A stretch of DNA of 64,000 nt from IMG/VR virus record IMGVR_UViG_3300027851_000016, positions 27,153-91,152 of that record; one strand, written 5' to 3'. Positions 55,883-64,000 of the stretch are shown in pieces. Origin of the DNA: a virus. The stretch's first letter is position 1. Every line of letters begins with the position of its first letter. A program made the position numbers and the translations under genes. The notes beneath the pieces were generated by a model that saw only the letters and a program-made list of their open reading frames with translations, made no database searches and was not told the DNA's origin.

Positions 55883-55932
55883 AGTAGTAGGAAACTACAT
55901 GCACGCTGTATCGGACAGGACATGAGAGGTGG

Positions 55933-56904
55933 GTGATGGTAGTGGCACGGAGGGTGTACGGAAGCATCAGTGAGTGCATCACGGCGTACGTCAATCGGTC
56001 GTCGGAGTACGGGCGTGCGGGGAACGTGTACTTCGATGGGGATGTGATTTACAGCTACGGGTCGCACTTCCCGATGGCGGTGCGGCTCCCGAACGGGTTG
56101 TATGTCTGCAACGGGGACAAGTACAGCGTGACAACGTCCTCGCACCAGTCGCAGTTGTTTGGTGCGATTCCGAACAGGGAGCGGGTTGAGATTCCGTTCA
56201 GTGCGCTGGCGAATCTGGACGTGAACGGTCGGGGTGCTCTGCGTGTCGTGCGGGAACTGAAGCTGCTCGACTGGCAGAACGACCAGTGGATTGACACTGG
56301 ACGAGTCAGCGAGAAGACAGGGCAGACCATCTATGAGCACGTTCTCGGCGCAGTGCTGTTCACGTACAAGGGGCAGTACTGGCTGTCAGGGCTGGACGAG
56401 TCTGGTACGAATGGTCGGTTGTTCTTCCTGACCAGGTTGAGTCCAGCCCAGATGAAGAAGTACGGAAAGCCCAAGACGGTCGCTGCGGCATACGAACTGA
56501 TGAAGCCCGACGAGGTCAAGCAGGCGGAGGCCGCAGGTCTTGAAGTGCTTCGTCAGGGTGAGTGGTTCTTCGTACCTGCAGAGTTCTCGTTCACGTTGGA
56601 CGTGAAGAGAGCCGAGAAGGACTACGTGTTGAAGCATCGTCAGCGTGACCGTGAAGCACGGCACCACGTCACCGAAGGCATGCGCATACCGAGTGTTGGA
56701 CATGTCGTGCGTGGAGTTGTGCGGCATGGCAACACGCATCGAGGGCAGGACTGGCGCGGGAACCCGTACACGTGGCGCGACCGTCCTGAGCATCGGCAGT
56801 TGAAGCTGTACGAGACTGGGACGAAGCCGAAGGACCGCCCATGGTTCCTGGCGTATGAATCGCCCCAGGTTGTCAGCTTCAGTGCGATTGGGGCGGTGGA
56901 CTGA
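55933..56904 (+). CDS. Hypothetical phage protein
   Basis: IYSYGSHFP and RQGEWFFVP motifs; first gene after P4. Confidence 0.75.
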   Translation: MMVVARRVYGSISECITAYVNRSSEYGRAGNVYFDGDVIYSYGSHFPMAVRLPNGLYVCNGDKYSVTTSSHQSQLFGAIPNRERVEIPFSALANLDVNGRGALRVVRELKLLDWQNDQWIDTGRVSEKTGQTIYEHVLGAVLFTYKGQYWLSGLDESGTNGRLFFLTRLSPAQMKKYGKPKTVAAAYELMKPDEVKQAEAAGLEVLRQGEWFFVPAEFSFTLDVKRAEKDYVLKHRQRDREARHHVTEGMRIPSVGHVVRGVVRHGNTHRGQDWRGNPYTWRDRPEHRQLKLYETGTKPKDRPWFLAYESPQVVSFSAIGAVD

Positions 56905-57404
56905 TGAGCAAGTTGGTGTTCGCATCAGAGGCAGAGGCAATCGAGAGGTTGCGCGGGGCAGACCACGCATACGTCAGCAAGCAGTTCGCTGTTGCTGTAG
57001 CCAGGGGGCTTGGCATCAAGAGTGAGCCTCAAGTAAAGGTAGAGGTCGATACTCGTTGGATGTTCAAGGGGTTGACCCTGAACAAGCCAGATGGGTACCT
57101 CGACTTGCACGAGTTCCGCAAGTGGATGAAGGAGAACTGGGACTGGGTCAAGCCCCCGTACAAGCGTGTGGCAATGACTTGGCTCGTTGATGAGTTGTGG
57201 ATGGCATTCACGAAGCCGAGAAGCAAGGGCGGGGAGGGTCTCCGTGGGGTTCCGTACGCAGAGGGAATCGAAGCGAACGTCCTGGCTGCGTGGGCGTGCA
57301 GGGAACTCGGAGTGAGCTACGCCCCGATGCTCGGTGTAGGGTCGGAGCTACGTGAGTGCTGCCGAGCATTGGCTGAGCACTTCGGTATCGAGGTGCAAGT
57401 ATGA
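56904..57404 (+). CDS. Hypothetical protein
   Basis: Coupled ORF. Confidence 0.65.
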   Translation: MSKLVFASEAEAIERLRGADHAYVSKQFAVAVARGLGIKSEPQVKVEVDTRWMFKGLTLNKPDGYLDLHEFRKWMKENWDWVKPPYKRVAMTWLVDELWMAFTKPRSKGGEGLRGVPYAEGIEANVLAAWACRELGVSYAPMLGVGSELRECCRALAEHFGIEVQV

Positions 57405-57465
57405 GGTTGCTCACGTTCATGACGTGCTTGGCCGCTGAGGTAAGGAAGCGCGATAGGGAGGTGAA

Positions 57466-58167
57466 GTGATGGAAGAGCCACGGTTCTGGGTGGACACGCC
57501 TGTGACCGACACTGACCAGCTGGGTATCGAGGGCTGGGTAGCGGTCATTGATGAGGAACGTGGAGGGGCGATTGCATACTTCGGGCGTGAGGAAGATGCG
57601 GAAGAGTATGTCGCGCATCGCATGCTCAAAGAAGGGCCGTACAAGAGCATGCACACGATTGGTGGGGTGATTCAGGCTCTGCTGCGGTACGACCTGAACA
57701 CGCCATGCACGCAAATCATGTGGTTGCCCGACGATGTTCGGACGCTTGCCAACGTGACCGATGAGGAAGCGGAAGCAGTGTTGTATGGCATGGAGGCTGG
57801 TAAGGACTGTGGGCTTGGGCAAAGCTGGGACACGCTCCAGGTGTACCTGGACGAGGTCCTTGACCAGCGGTGCGGGCAGGTACTGTTCATGGATGGCGTG
57901 CCTGTTGCCCGCTGCGTACAACCCGCTGGTGTGGAGCATGACCACTTGAATCTGACGGCCACGGAAGCGGTAGTAGCTGGGCTTGCTGTGCCTGTTGGTG
58001 GACCTGACGACGAAGGGTACCACTGTCCCGAGTGTTACGCGGGAGACGCGAAGTTGTCCCAGTCGATGGATGACCCGCAGGTGGACGGTACGTATCCGTG
58101 GTACTGCCTGGAGTGCGGCTGGCGCGGGCGTGAGGCCAGCCTGATTGAAGTGGATGGTACTTCATGA
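57466..58167 (+). CDS. Hypothetical protein with C-terminal Zn ribbon
   Basis: GGAGGTG SD; CPEC...CLECGW. Confidence 0.65.
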   Translation: MMEEPRFWVDTPVTDTDQLGIEGWVAVIDEERGGAIAYFGREEDAEEYVAHRMLKEGPYKSMHTIGGVIQALLRYDLNTPCTQIMWLPDDVRTLANVTDEEAEAVLYGMEAGKDCGLGQSWDTLQVYLDEVLDQRCGQVLFMDGVPVARCVQPAGVEHDHLNLTATEAVVAGLAVPVGGPDDEGYHCPECYAGDAKLSQSMDDPQVDGTYPWYCLECGWRGREASLIEVDGTS

Positions 58168-58469
58168 TGGAGGGGCGACTGGAGGTCCTCGACACGATGT
58201 TCCTCTGCGCTGATGGGCGGTTCAAGTCGGTGGACGACATGGACCCCGAGGAGGGTGGTGAGTTCCTGACGCTGGTCGGGACACCGCTCTCGTACGTAGG
58301 TTGGGTGTATGGGAATACGAGTAGCCACAACGTGAAGGCAGTGCGGCTGGCTCCGTTGATGGAGGCATTCGTACGACGCGTGCGTGCTGAGGCACGTGGT
58401 GCTGCCAACGACGCGTTGGTTGCACATGCAGACGAGTTGCTGCGGCAGCTGGACAAGAGGGAGTGGTGA
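58164..58469 (+). CDS. Hypothetical protein
   Basis: Coupled ORF. Confidence 0.6.
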   Translation: MMEGRLEVLDTMFLCADGRFKSVDDMDPEEGGEFLTLVGTPLSYVGWVYGNTSSHNVKAVRLAPLMEAFVRRVRAEARGAANDALVAHADELLRQLDKREW

Positions 58470-58966
58470 GCATGAAGAGGACGGATGCGGAACTGACCGT
58501 ACGTCTTGCAGGCAGCACGTTCAAGGGTGCGTTTGAGTACAACGGTGCTACGCATCTGCTCTTCGACGCGGGTGGCGTAGACCGAGTGGTGCGCGTCGAT
58601 GGTGGGGCACAGTGTCTTGGCATTGCTGAGTCAGCAGACGTGCTTGCGCGTAGGTTGAGTGCTGTCGAGAGTTCGATGGTCGAGGCCATGACGTTGCAGT
58701 CGGTTCGGCGGGACCCAAGGGTGCCCGTTGTTGCAGAGCAGCCCAAGAAGGCGGCGAAGGTCGCGGACGACATGCGAAGGGCATCGGAGGTCGATGACCT
58801 GCTCTCAAGTCGTCGTCGGGTGTCAAAGACGCTCGGCACTGAGGAGGTAGAGACAGGTGAGTTCATGCCTGGGTACGTGTCTGACATTTCCCGTACGGAC
58901 AGTGAGCGGCAGCGCACCGAGGTGCGGGACACGCGATTGCTGAGTGAGGTCAGCGACATTCGGTAA
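58463..58966 (+). CDS. Hypothetical protein
   Basis: Coupled ORF. Confidence 0.6.
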   Translation: MVSMKRTDAELTVRLAGSTFKGAFEYNGATHLLFDAGGVDRVVRVDGGAQCLGIAESADVLARRLSAVESSMVEAMTLQSVRRDPRVPVVAEQPKKAAKVADDMRRASEVDDLLSSRRRVSKTLGTEEVETGEFMPGYVSDISRTDSERQRTEVRDTRLLSEVSDIR

Positions 58967-58968
58967 GG

Positions 58969-59346
58969 ATGGTAAGGATGGTGATGATGATGCTGATGTG
59001 GACGATGCGGGACGGGACTGAGATAGCGATTGCGGATATGACTGATGCCCACATCCGCAACGCCATCGCGATGTTGGAGCGTAATGCCGAGCACATGTGG
59101 GCGGCAGAGCTTGCTGACGCTGCAGGGTTCGTGGGCATGTGCAACGGCGATGGTGCGGTCATGGCGGCTGAGCAGGCGTTTGACAACGTAGCCCGTATGA
59201 CCCCGCAGCAGTTCTTGGAGGAGGAGACCGCGTATTGTGACCTGCTGGACGAACTCGATAGGCGTGATGACGCAGGCACGCTGTTCGAGCCGAAGGTGAC
59301 GAGAAGTCTGGTCGATGTGTGGATGCGGTCTAGGAGCATCGAATGA
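58969..59346 (+). CDS. Hypothetical protein
   Basis: WTMRDG...IADMTDAHIRNAIAML; start uncertain. Confidence 0.6.
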   Translation: MVRMVMMMLMWTMRDGTEIAIADMTDAHIRNAIAMLERNAEHMWAAELADAAGFVGMCNGDGAVMAAEQAFDNVARMTPQQFLEEETAYCDLLDELDRRDDAGTLFEPKVTRSLVDVWMRSRSIE

Positions 59347-59537
59347 GTGGTCAGCCATTGTTTGGGCATGTGCCAGCAGCATTGCAAAGCAAGTGCCCGT
59401 GCAGGGAGTGTGCGCCGCCGAAGCGTAAGCCTGGGTGCCACGATGATTGCGCGGAGTACCAGGAGTGGCACGTGCTGTGTGGGAAGGCTCGTGAGGCGCG
59501 TGCGTATGTGTGGCAGGATAGCAAACGTAGGTGGTAA
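59343..59537 (+). CDS. Small Cys-rich protein
   Basis: CPCREC...GCHDDCAEYQEW. Confidence 0.6.
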   Translation: MSGQPLFGHVPAALQSKCPCRECAPPKRKPGCHDDCAEYQEWHVLCGKAREARAYVWQDSKRRW

Positions 59538-59555
59538 TCATCTTCAGATTACCGC

Positions 59556-59584
59556 TTGACACAGACTACGTTATATGCCACGAT
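59556..59584 (+). promoter_or_regulatory. Conserved early promoter P5
   Basis: TTGACA-CAGACTACGTTATATGC-CACGAT. Confidence 0.82.
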
Positions 59585-59633
59585 AGTAGTAGAGAACCAT
59601 CCCGCACACGGTGGGATGGTAGACGTGAAGGAG

Positions 59634-59888
59634 ATGGGGAAAGTGGCCGAGTACAACGGGACAGTGAGGATAGCGGGGACGGAGTACAGGATTCGGCAGG
59701 CTACAACGCCAGCTGAACTTGAGGCTAACGACCTGCCCGAGGCGGCAGAGTGGATGCGTTCGATGGGCTGGCTCGAAGACCTCGTACTCGAAAGCCCGCA
59801 CGGGCATGTGGTCCACGCTGCGCTCATCGCCAAGGGTGCGTATGAGTTCTTCGACCCAGACCAGTTCCACCTGATGGACGCACAGTAG
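59634..59888 (+). CDS. Hypothetical protein
   Basis: First ORF after P5. Confidence 0.6.
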   Translation: MGKVAEYNGTVRIAGTEYRIRQATTPAELEANDLPEAAEWMRSMGWLEDLVLESPHGHVVHAALIAKGAYEFFDPDQFHLMDAQ

Positions 59889-59898
59889 GCTATGATGA

Positions 59899-60075
59899 GC
59901 ATGAGCACGGTGCTCAGTTCGGTGAACGAGTCAGCGCTAAAGCAGGGGCTGGTCGGGTACGCCCGACATGCCGTGGAGCGTACCCCCATCTCCGCTCCGC
60001 ACGGCGACAGCAATCGCGCTACGGGTAGTCCTGCGCCCAATGGCTCGTTCATCGACCTGAGCACCGTGTTCTTGT
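59899..60075 (+). ncRNA. Unclassified structured RNA (~170 nt)
   Basis: About 30-bp terminal stem with G-U pairs enclosing a multi-way junction with a UACG-loop hairpin. Confidence 0.7.
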
Positions 60076-60094
60076 TGTGGAGGGAGATGGGGAC

Positions 60095-60895
60095 GTGCAA
60101 CTGAATGCAGTAGAGCAGAGTGGGGTTCGGCTGTCCTTGCACACGGACGACTCGCCCGAGAGTCCTCGCGAGTGGTCCAACCTGGGCACGATGGTGTGCA
60201 GCCACAGGCGGTACGACCTGGGAGACGAGCAGGCGAACACGGAGGATTACGTCGGCTGGGACTCGTGGCTGGCTGGTGAGGTGCTCGACAAGCACGAGGC
60301 TGGGTCGGTCGTGTTCCTGCCGCTGTACCTGTACGACCACAGTGGCATCACGATGAACACGACGGGGTTCAGTTGTCCGTGGGATTCGGGGCAAGTCGGC
60401 TGGATATGGGCGACCAAGAAGACGTTCCGTGAGGAGACGGGGTACACCGAAGCGGAGCTGTTCAGTAAGGATTCGCACCGCAGGCCCGAGGTTGGGGAGC
60501 ACGTCAAGGTCAAGGACTTCGAAGGAGAGGGCTGGGCGAAGGTCACGCTGGTGACCAAGGAGAACTACGTCGTGGACTTCGACTACTGCAAGACGCCCAC
60601 GGCGAGGGACCCGCAGCGGCAGTGGGCGGTGCCCTTTGCCAACGTAGTGGAGGTCATGGCGAATCGCGCCGAAGAGATGCTCCGAAACGAGGTCAAGAGC
60701 TACGACGACTACCTGCGTGGGAACGTGTACGGGTATGTGCTGGAGCGGAAGGTCGAGTGTTCCTGCTGCGGGAACGTCACGTGGGAGCACATCGACTCCT
60801 GTTGGGGGTTCTACGGTGACGACGCAGTCGAGCAGATGAAGGAGAGTGTTGGGGAGTACGAAGAGTTGTTCGATGAGTTGAAGACGCGTAACTGA
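60095..60895 (+). CDS. Hypothetical phage protein
   Basis: SPREWSNLG, PLYLYDHSG, WDSGQVG, SCWGFYG. Confidence 0.75.
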   Translation: MQLNAVEQSGVRLSLHTDDSPESPREWSNLGTMVCSHRRYDLGDEQANTEDYVGWDSWLAGEVLDKHEAGSVVFLPLYLYDHSGITMNTTGFSCPWDSGQVGWIWATKKTFREETGYTEAELFSKDSHRRPEVGEHVKVKDFEGEGWAKVTLVTKENYVVDFDYCKTPTARDPQRQWAVPFANVVEVMANRAEEMLRNEVKSYDDYLRGNVYGYVLERKVECSCCGNVTWEHIDSCWGFYGDDAVEQMKESVGEYEELFDELKTRN

Positions 60896-60927
60896 CGAGA
60901 GAAAGGACAGGACATGGGAGGTGAGAC

Positions 60928-61539
60928 ATGGGCTTTGAAGAGGTAGTGTGCGGACTCATGCTGGGCGATGGTTCCCTGGAGAGGCGCGGGAACGCTCGAC
61001 TGAAAGTGCTTCGAAAGCAGGAGCATGCAGAGTACAACGTGTGGTTGAAAGCATTGCTGATAGATGACTTCGACTTCGGGCCAGACCAAGAAAGCCATAC
61101 GCAGGATGCACGTACGGACAAGGAGTACCACGGGTCCCGCATCAAGACACATGCAGATGAGCGCCTGACCGTGCTGCACACGTTGTGGTACGCGGACAAG
61201 AAGGTAGTGCCTGTTGCTTTTGTGGAGCAGTACTTCACGGCGTTGTCCCTGGCTATCTGGTACTTGGATGATGGCACGCTGACGAGGACGGGGAAGCAGG
61301 GTTACTACCGTACAGTTCTTGCAACGAACTGCTTCAGTCATGAAGAGGTCGCGTATCTGAGTGAGTTGCTTGCGCGGAGGTTTGGAATCAAAGCGCATGT
61401 AACACCGTGGCAAGGAAGATACGTACTGCGCATGTTTCAAGAAGAGAGCACGAAGTTATTAGACGTGGTCGGCTCTGTGTTGCCTGCACAAGGACTTGAG
61501 TGCATGCAGTACAAGCTGCAGATGATGGGAAGGTTGTGA
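60928..61539 (+). CDS. Free-standing LAGLIDADG homing endonuclease
   Basis: GLMLGDGSL, LSLAIWYLDDG, TNCFS; MQYK terminus. Confidence 0.88.
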   Translation: MGFEEVVCGLMLGDGSLERRGNARLKVLRKQEHAEYNVWLKALLIDDFDFGPDQESHTQDARTDKEYHGSRIKTHADERLTVLHTLWYADKKVVPVAFVEQYFTALSLAIWYLDDGTLTRTGKQGYYRTVLATNCFSHEEVAYLSELLARRFGIKAHVTPWQGRYVLRMFQEESTKLLDVVGSVLPAQGLECMQYKLQMMGRL

Positions 61540-62243
61540 TTGTCATAGGACTCGACTGGCACAGTGTCACGTACGGTACTGACGGGTTTGGGCGGAGGCC
61601 TTGTGAGTTGGTCGGCGCTCCGAAGGTGGGGCAGCGCGAGACGTTCCGCTCTGATATGCAAGATGTGCTCAACTTCCGCAAGGAAGACAGCGCGGAGCGG
61701 CATGAGACCTGGAGGCCGTTCGCGTTCCCAGGTGAGGACGTGGCCAAGCAGACCGACAAGTACTACGAGTACTGGAAGGACATGACTCTCGACAAGCTGA
61801 TGCTCGAAGAGCAGGACAAGTTCGATTGCGAGAACTGTCCGCTGATGCTTGCGCTGCAAGGGGCGGATTCGACTGATTCATTCTTCTTGGGTGCCACGGT
61901 GTCGTCGTGTGACTTCCGTGGGAAGCGCATCAGCGCGGATGACGCGCTCTCGGAGGACGTGCGCGAGTCGGCGTACCTGGAACGGAATCTGGATGAGATG
62001 CTGGCCTACGCAGACACGCTTGAGGATGAGATTGAAGTCCAGCGTGAGTTGGGCAACCTGCTGAAGGTTCCGTATGCGCAGTACAAGGGAGAGTGGAAGT
62101 CTGAGACGTTCCACTGGGCACCGCTCATGACAGAGGAAGAGTGGGACGCATCCTTGCACTGGCGCGAGCAGAGTCTTCGTGAAGCGATTCACTGGCTCCG
62201 CACGTGCGCTGGTATGGGTGTTTCGATGGTGACGAGCTACTGA
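61536..62243 (+). CDS. Hypothetical protein
   Basis: GTGA-coupled; GLDW start, DFRGK. Confidence 0.65.
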   Translation: MIVIGLDWHSVTYGTDGFGRRPCELVGAPKVGQRETFRSDMQDVLNFRKEDSAERHETWRPFAFPGEDVAKQTDKYYEYWKDMTLDKLMLEEQDKFDCENCPLMLALQGADSTDSFFLGATVSSCDFRGKRISADDALSEDVRESAYLERNLDEMLAYADTLEDEIEVQRELGNLLKVPYAQYKGEWKSETFHWAPLMTEEEWDASLHWREQSLREAIHWLRTCAGMGVSMVTSY

Positions 62244-62596
62244 TGGCTACGCAGCGGTTTGTAGAACGCCCACCCGAGTACGAAGCGGTTCAGTACATCG
62301 TGGTCCGAGGGAAGCCCAAGAACCTGGAAGAGATTCTGGAGTTCCTCGGTCCTGAGTGGCAGGTCGAGCGGGTCAATGGTGGTGGCACAGCGGACTTCCG
62401 TAGGTACCGCAACGGTAAGCCAGTGGACAAGTTCAAGTATGCGCGAGCAACGCTGCGGCTCTGGAACAAGTGCTGGGTGGTACGCCAGTCCAATGTGAAC
62501 CGCCACTATGTAAGCATGAAGGACGACAAGAGCATGCACGCGGAGTTCATGCCTGTTGGCTACGTGCATCGTCATGGAGAAGAGGACAGGGCATGA
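62243..62596 (+). CDS. Hypothetical protein
   Basis: Coupled ORF. Confidence 0.6.
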   Translation: MATQRFVERPPEYEAVQYIVVRGKPKNLEEILEFLGPEWQVERVNGGGTADFRRYRNGKPVDKFKYARATLRLWNKCWVVRQSNVNRHYVSMKDDKSMHAEFMPVGYVHRHGEEDRA

Positions 62597-62934
62597 GAAG
62601 GTACTTCGAGGTAGATGGGATGCCCGATGAGGTCAAGGTCAGCACTGGTTACGACATCGGCGGACCGAACTACCTGAGCGGCAGCACTAGCCGCCGTGGG
62701 TACTACGCATACGTTCAGCCCGTGAAGCGTGGCAAGACTTCCGACGGCAGGTTCACGTCGGAGCAGGTCACGTTGTTCGTGGGGTTCAAGGAGTTGCTGA
62801 TAGAGGTGAAGCGGCAGTCGCAGAAGCAGGCATCGCACGCAGAGATTCTTGCTGAGATGAATGCACGGCGCTGGGCGAACATGCTGGCAGCTGAGCGGGG
62901 CTGGACACTGACAGGGAGGTTCGAAGACGCCTAA
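62593..62934 (+). CDS. Hypothetical protein
   Basis: YDIGG.N...RRGYY. Confidence 0.65.
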   Translation: MRRYFEVDGMPDEVKVSTGYDIGGPNYLSGSTSRRGYYAYVQPVKRGKTSDGRFTSEQVTLFVGFKELLIEVKRQSQKQASHAEILAEMNARRWANMLAAERGWTLTGRFEDA

Positions 62935-62961
62935 CTGGTGTGGGAACAACGGAGGACTAGG

Positions 62962-63168
62962 ATGCGACTGCACAAGACGACGCTGGTCATTTGGACGGAC
63001 TTTGACCCATCTGACCTGAGCCTCGAAGAGCTTGGCAGGGAAGCCGACCAGGGCGCGGGGTACTGCTCGCATGCAACGGCTGAGTGGGTCGATGGGCTGG
63101 CGAAGGACGAGCATGTCACAGATGGCTTGCTGGAGTTCTTCCAGGTACGTGATGAGGAGCGTGGATGA
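62962..63168 (+). CDS. Hypothetical protein
   Basis: GGAGG SD. Confidence 0.55.
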   Translation: MRLHKTTLVIWTDFDPSDLSLEELGREADQGAGYCSHATAEWVDGLAKDEHVTDGLLEFFQVRDEERG

Positions 63169-63367
63169 TGGCGAAGTGGCATGTAGGGTTACGGCTCGAA
63201 ACAGAAGTGTCTGCGAGCAGCAAGGACGAGGCGATTCAGCTTGCTGTGGACTTGGAAGACAGGGTCCAGAAGGTGCTGAAGCGTGCTGGAGTCAAGGGTG
63301 TGGAAGTGTGCGTCGGAACGGTAGAGAAGTGAGGGATGCTGTTTCCGACCGACGAGAAGGAGTAGTG

Positions 63368-63787
63368 ATGTGCGAGTCATGTGAGAGCACAGGATTCGAC
63401 GGTAACCCCGCGAGGGCTGCGAGTACCCTGCTCGACAAGATAGCGGATTCGATGGGCACGATGGTCAACGGCGGGGTTCGGAATGACTTCCCCGACACGT
63501 GGGAGGTGCTGTCCGCAGCGGTGGCCGAACTCGACCTGTTGTGTATGGAGCACCTTGAGGGCGACGTGGGTGAGGCGGTCGAAGGGCTTGCTGAGAATGA
63601 CCTGTTCACCTGCGAGAACTGCCACAAGACCATGGACATCGAAGACAGCGTGCGGCAGGGAGATGGGCGGCTGGTCTGTGCGTACTGTGATGAGCACAGG
63701 TTGTTCCCTGTCGGTGGCGAGAGTCACGATTTGATGGGTAAGGTTACTGCCGAGACGCGATTGCTGCGGGAGGCCACCGATGAGTGA
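63368..63787 (+). CDS. Zn-finger hypothetical protein
   Basis: AAGGAG SD; CENC...CAYC. Confidence 0.55.
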   Translation: MCESCESTGFDGNPARAASTLLDKIADSMGTMVNGGVRNDFPDTWEVLSAAVAELDLLCMEHLEGDVGEAVEGLAENDLFTCENCHKTMDIEDSVRQGDGRLVCAYCDEHRLFPVGGESHDLMGKVTAETRLLREATDE

Positions 63788-64000
63788 AGCGACTACTCCA
63801 GCTAATACGACTGACCAGATAGCGGCTACTACCGAAAGGAGCGTGGACTGTGAGCACCCTAACCGACCTGCGTGCGGCGTTGGATGCTTGGCTCGAAGCG
63901 GAGGACGCCTATCTGACGTATGACCGTGCCGACATCGTTGAGCTGGCCCGTCGCCTCGATAGCAAGATGAGTGCGAGGTCAGTACTCGTGTCGCGTCTCC

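Noticed and set aside
42850-59620. CRISPR-like repeats
   Set aside because: Copies are kilobases apart and have promoter architecture.
59892-60060. Box C (ATGATGA) and box D (CTGA) suggesting a C/D or TIGR-type guide RNA
   Set aside because: CTGA lies inside the long stem rather than opposite box C; there is no repeat array and no Nop-domain gene in the window.
59903-60071. MITE or retron msr-msd interpretation of the inverted repeat
   Set aside because: Mismatches are G-U type, there is no target duplication or second copy, and no reverse transcriptase in the window.
59892-60104. 70-aa ORF over the structured RNA
   Set aside because: No SD, no motif, and sequence explained by base pairing; coding not fully excluded.
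1-64000. tRNA genes, integrase, alternative genetic code
   Set aside because: No cloverleaf or integrase recognised; genes are intact under code 11 and all three stop codons are used.

Overview
This window is a 64-kb piece of a tailed dsDNA bacteriophage genome, GC-rich (roughly 60% by eye). All plausible genes are on the + strand and most are translationally coupled. The host is probably a high-GC Gram-positive bacterium, given the CHAP/PG-binding endolysin and TTGACA-N17-CACGAT promoters. Gene order: (1) 1-10.4 kb, a sugar/base-modification operon (UGM-like flavoenzyme, HD-like DUF5662, two paralogous GT-B glycosyltransferases, SAM methyltransferase, PurD-like ATP-grasp ligase, WbqC, PIG-L deacetylase, ParB, GNAT, HTH-S1 protein); (2) 10.4-17.5 kb, packaging (TTGTCA repeat tract, probable TerS, a ubiquitin-like protein, MazG-like protein, TerL with a class-3 LAGLIDADG intein, T4 gp20-like portal); (3) 17.5-40.3 kb, a T4-like head (protease-scaffold fusion, gp23-like capsid, MuF) joined to a siphovirus-type tail (chaperones with a candidate +1 frameshift, TP901-type tape measure); (4) 40.3-42.8 kb, lysis; (5) 42.9-64 kb, early/replication genes driven by five copies of a conserved promoter, including an initiator with internal iterons, DnaC-like loader, DnaB helicase, primase, a GHKL-HEXXH protein and a free-standing LAGLIDADG endonuclease. 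The two most novel-looking items are the modification operon, whose enzyme set parallels mycothiol/aminoacyl-aminosugar chemistry and probably acts on DNA, and a ~170-nt structured RNA at 59.9-60.07 kb whose loop is complementary to a GAGAUGGG motif at translation starts of early genes. Family calls come from motif recognition only; no database searches were run.
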